Source of the DNA: Conexivisphaerales archaeon
GTDB taxonomy: Archaea > Thermoproteota > Nitrososphaeria > Conexivisphaerales > DTJL01
DNA length: 55,266 nucleotides
NCBI GenBank assembly: GCA_049509455.1
Contig: JBEKZX010000006.1
Coordinates: forward strand, 1-55,266
Direction: 5' to 3'
The notes beneath the pieces were generated by a model. It made no database searches. It worked only from the letters and a program-made list of their open reading frames with translations, and was not told the DNA's origin. A program made the position numbers and the translations under genes. Positions 54,607 to 55,266 of the stretch are shown one piece after another (position 1 is the first letter of the stretch; every line of letters begins with the position of its first letter).

Positions 54607-55266
54607 AGCAGCACCCTTTCCAGGTCTTCCACGGTCGGGTCGATGACGGGCACCGGGCCCACGAGTCTTTTTACTGCTTCCACGTCCTTCAGGCCCGACC
54701 CTGTCACGAGGACCACCACGGAATCTCCCCCTTCGATAGCCCCTGCTGCACGCAGCTTACGCGCGCCGGCCAGGGCGGCAGCGCCGCTCGGTTCTGCGAA
54801 GATCCCTTCGTACTTCGCCAGGTCTCGTACGGCCTCTAATATCTCCTGGTCGGTCACCGTCTCGCCCAGCCCTCGTGTCTGCGCGACCCCCTCCATGGTG
54901 CAGTCGGCGTCCCAGGGATAGGGGTCTTCCAGGCCCGATGCCACCGTGGAGGGATGCGGCTCGGCTCCGATCTTTCGGGCGGGGATCCCTCCCTTGATGG
55001 CCCTCACCAGGGCCGAGTTCCCGGCGGGCTGTACGGGCACGAGCCTGGGGTACTCCTCCGCCAGCCCCGTCTCCCTGAGGTCCCTCAGCCCCTTCCATAG
55101 CCCCGCCGCCAGGCAGCTGGACCCGGTGGGAGCGAGGAGCCAGTCGTACCCCTTCCAGCCAAGCCCTTCGGCCAGCTCTAAAGAAATGGTCTTGGGACCC
55201 TCCACTTGGTAGGGGTTGAAGGGACCAAAGCTAGGCGAGGGGTACCAGCCCCTGCGGCGAACGGCC
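54603..55266 (-). CDS. thrC: threonine synthase-like PLP-dependent enzyme (5' part outside the window)
   Basis: The frame is open to the window edge: NPYQVEGPKTISLEL, PTGSS, VQPAGNS, TVASGL, EGIFAEPSGAAALAG, VTGSGLKD. Confidence 0.85.
   Translation of the reverse strand, partial: AVRRRGWYPSPSFGPFNPYQVEGPKTISLELAEGLGWKGYDWLLAPTGSSCLAAGLWKGLRDLRETGLAEEYPRLVPVQPAGNSALVRAIKGGIPARKIGAEPHPSTVASGLEDPYPWDADCTMEGVAQTRGLGETVTDQEILEAVRDLAKYEGIFAEPSGAAALAGARKLRAAGAIEGGDSVVVLVTGSGLKDVEAVKRLVGPVPVIDPTVEDLERVLL

Overview
A GC-rich, densely coded archaeal chromosomal segment. It carries class I LysRS, ABCE1/Rli1, Hsp20-Cdc48, Tfx, a CTP-dependent riboflavin kinase with HTH, a fused GuaA, TATA-type promoters and many TTG/GTG starts. 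By inference it most resembles a non-ammonia-oxidising, heterotrophic Nitrososphaerota/TACK lineage; this cannot be confirmed without searches. From left to right: surface/membrane proteins, a peptide ABC transporter (oppBCDF plus a separately transcribed binding protein), a LigD-like primase-polymerase, HAD+SDR, a queD-queC-folE2 operon, DUF99/Trm5/ABCE1, a molybdo-hydroxylase (xanthine dehydrogenase family) operon, NUDIX, a cNMP-binding protein, glutamate dehydrogenase, GT2, purine/pyrimidine salvage genes, an RbkR-ECF divergon, lysS, a heat-shock divergon, a DNA ligase, a prepilin peptidase, a 1380-aa S53 protease, Lrp and a truncated threonine-synthase-like gene. I found no rRNA, tRNA, CRISPR array, transposase or integrase. 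The most notable observations are: (i) two conserved genes (ABCE1, oppC) whose conserved N-termini can only be translated from a CTG start; (ii) a circularly permuted family-5 solute-binding protein; (iii) a coiled-coil + SYxxYG-TM-RK C-terminal anchor shared by that protein and the S53 protease; (iv) a small ribbon-helix-helix-like gene next to an array of (C)TATTTTGC repeats; (v) a wHTH-fused LigD-type AEP with His-to-Gln in motif II; (vi) a triple AAC-N5-GTT operator array in the hsp20-cdc48/ArsR divergon; (vii) a divergent wHTH + Mrr-like nuclease pair between oppF and oppA; and (viii) several pseudo-enzymes and gene remnants. All family calls come from motif recognition by eye; no database searches were run.
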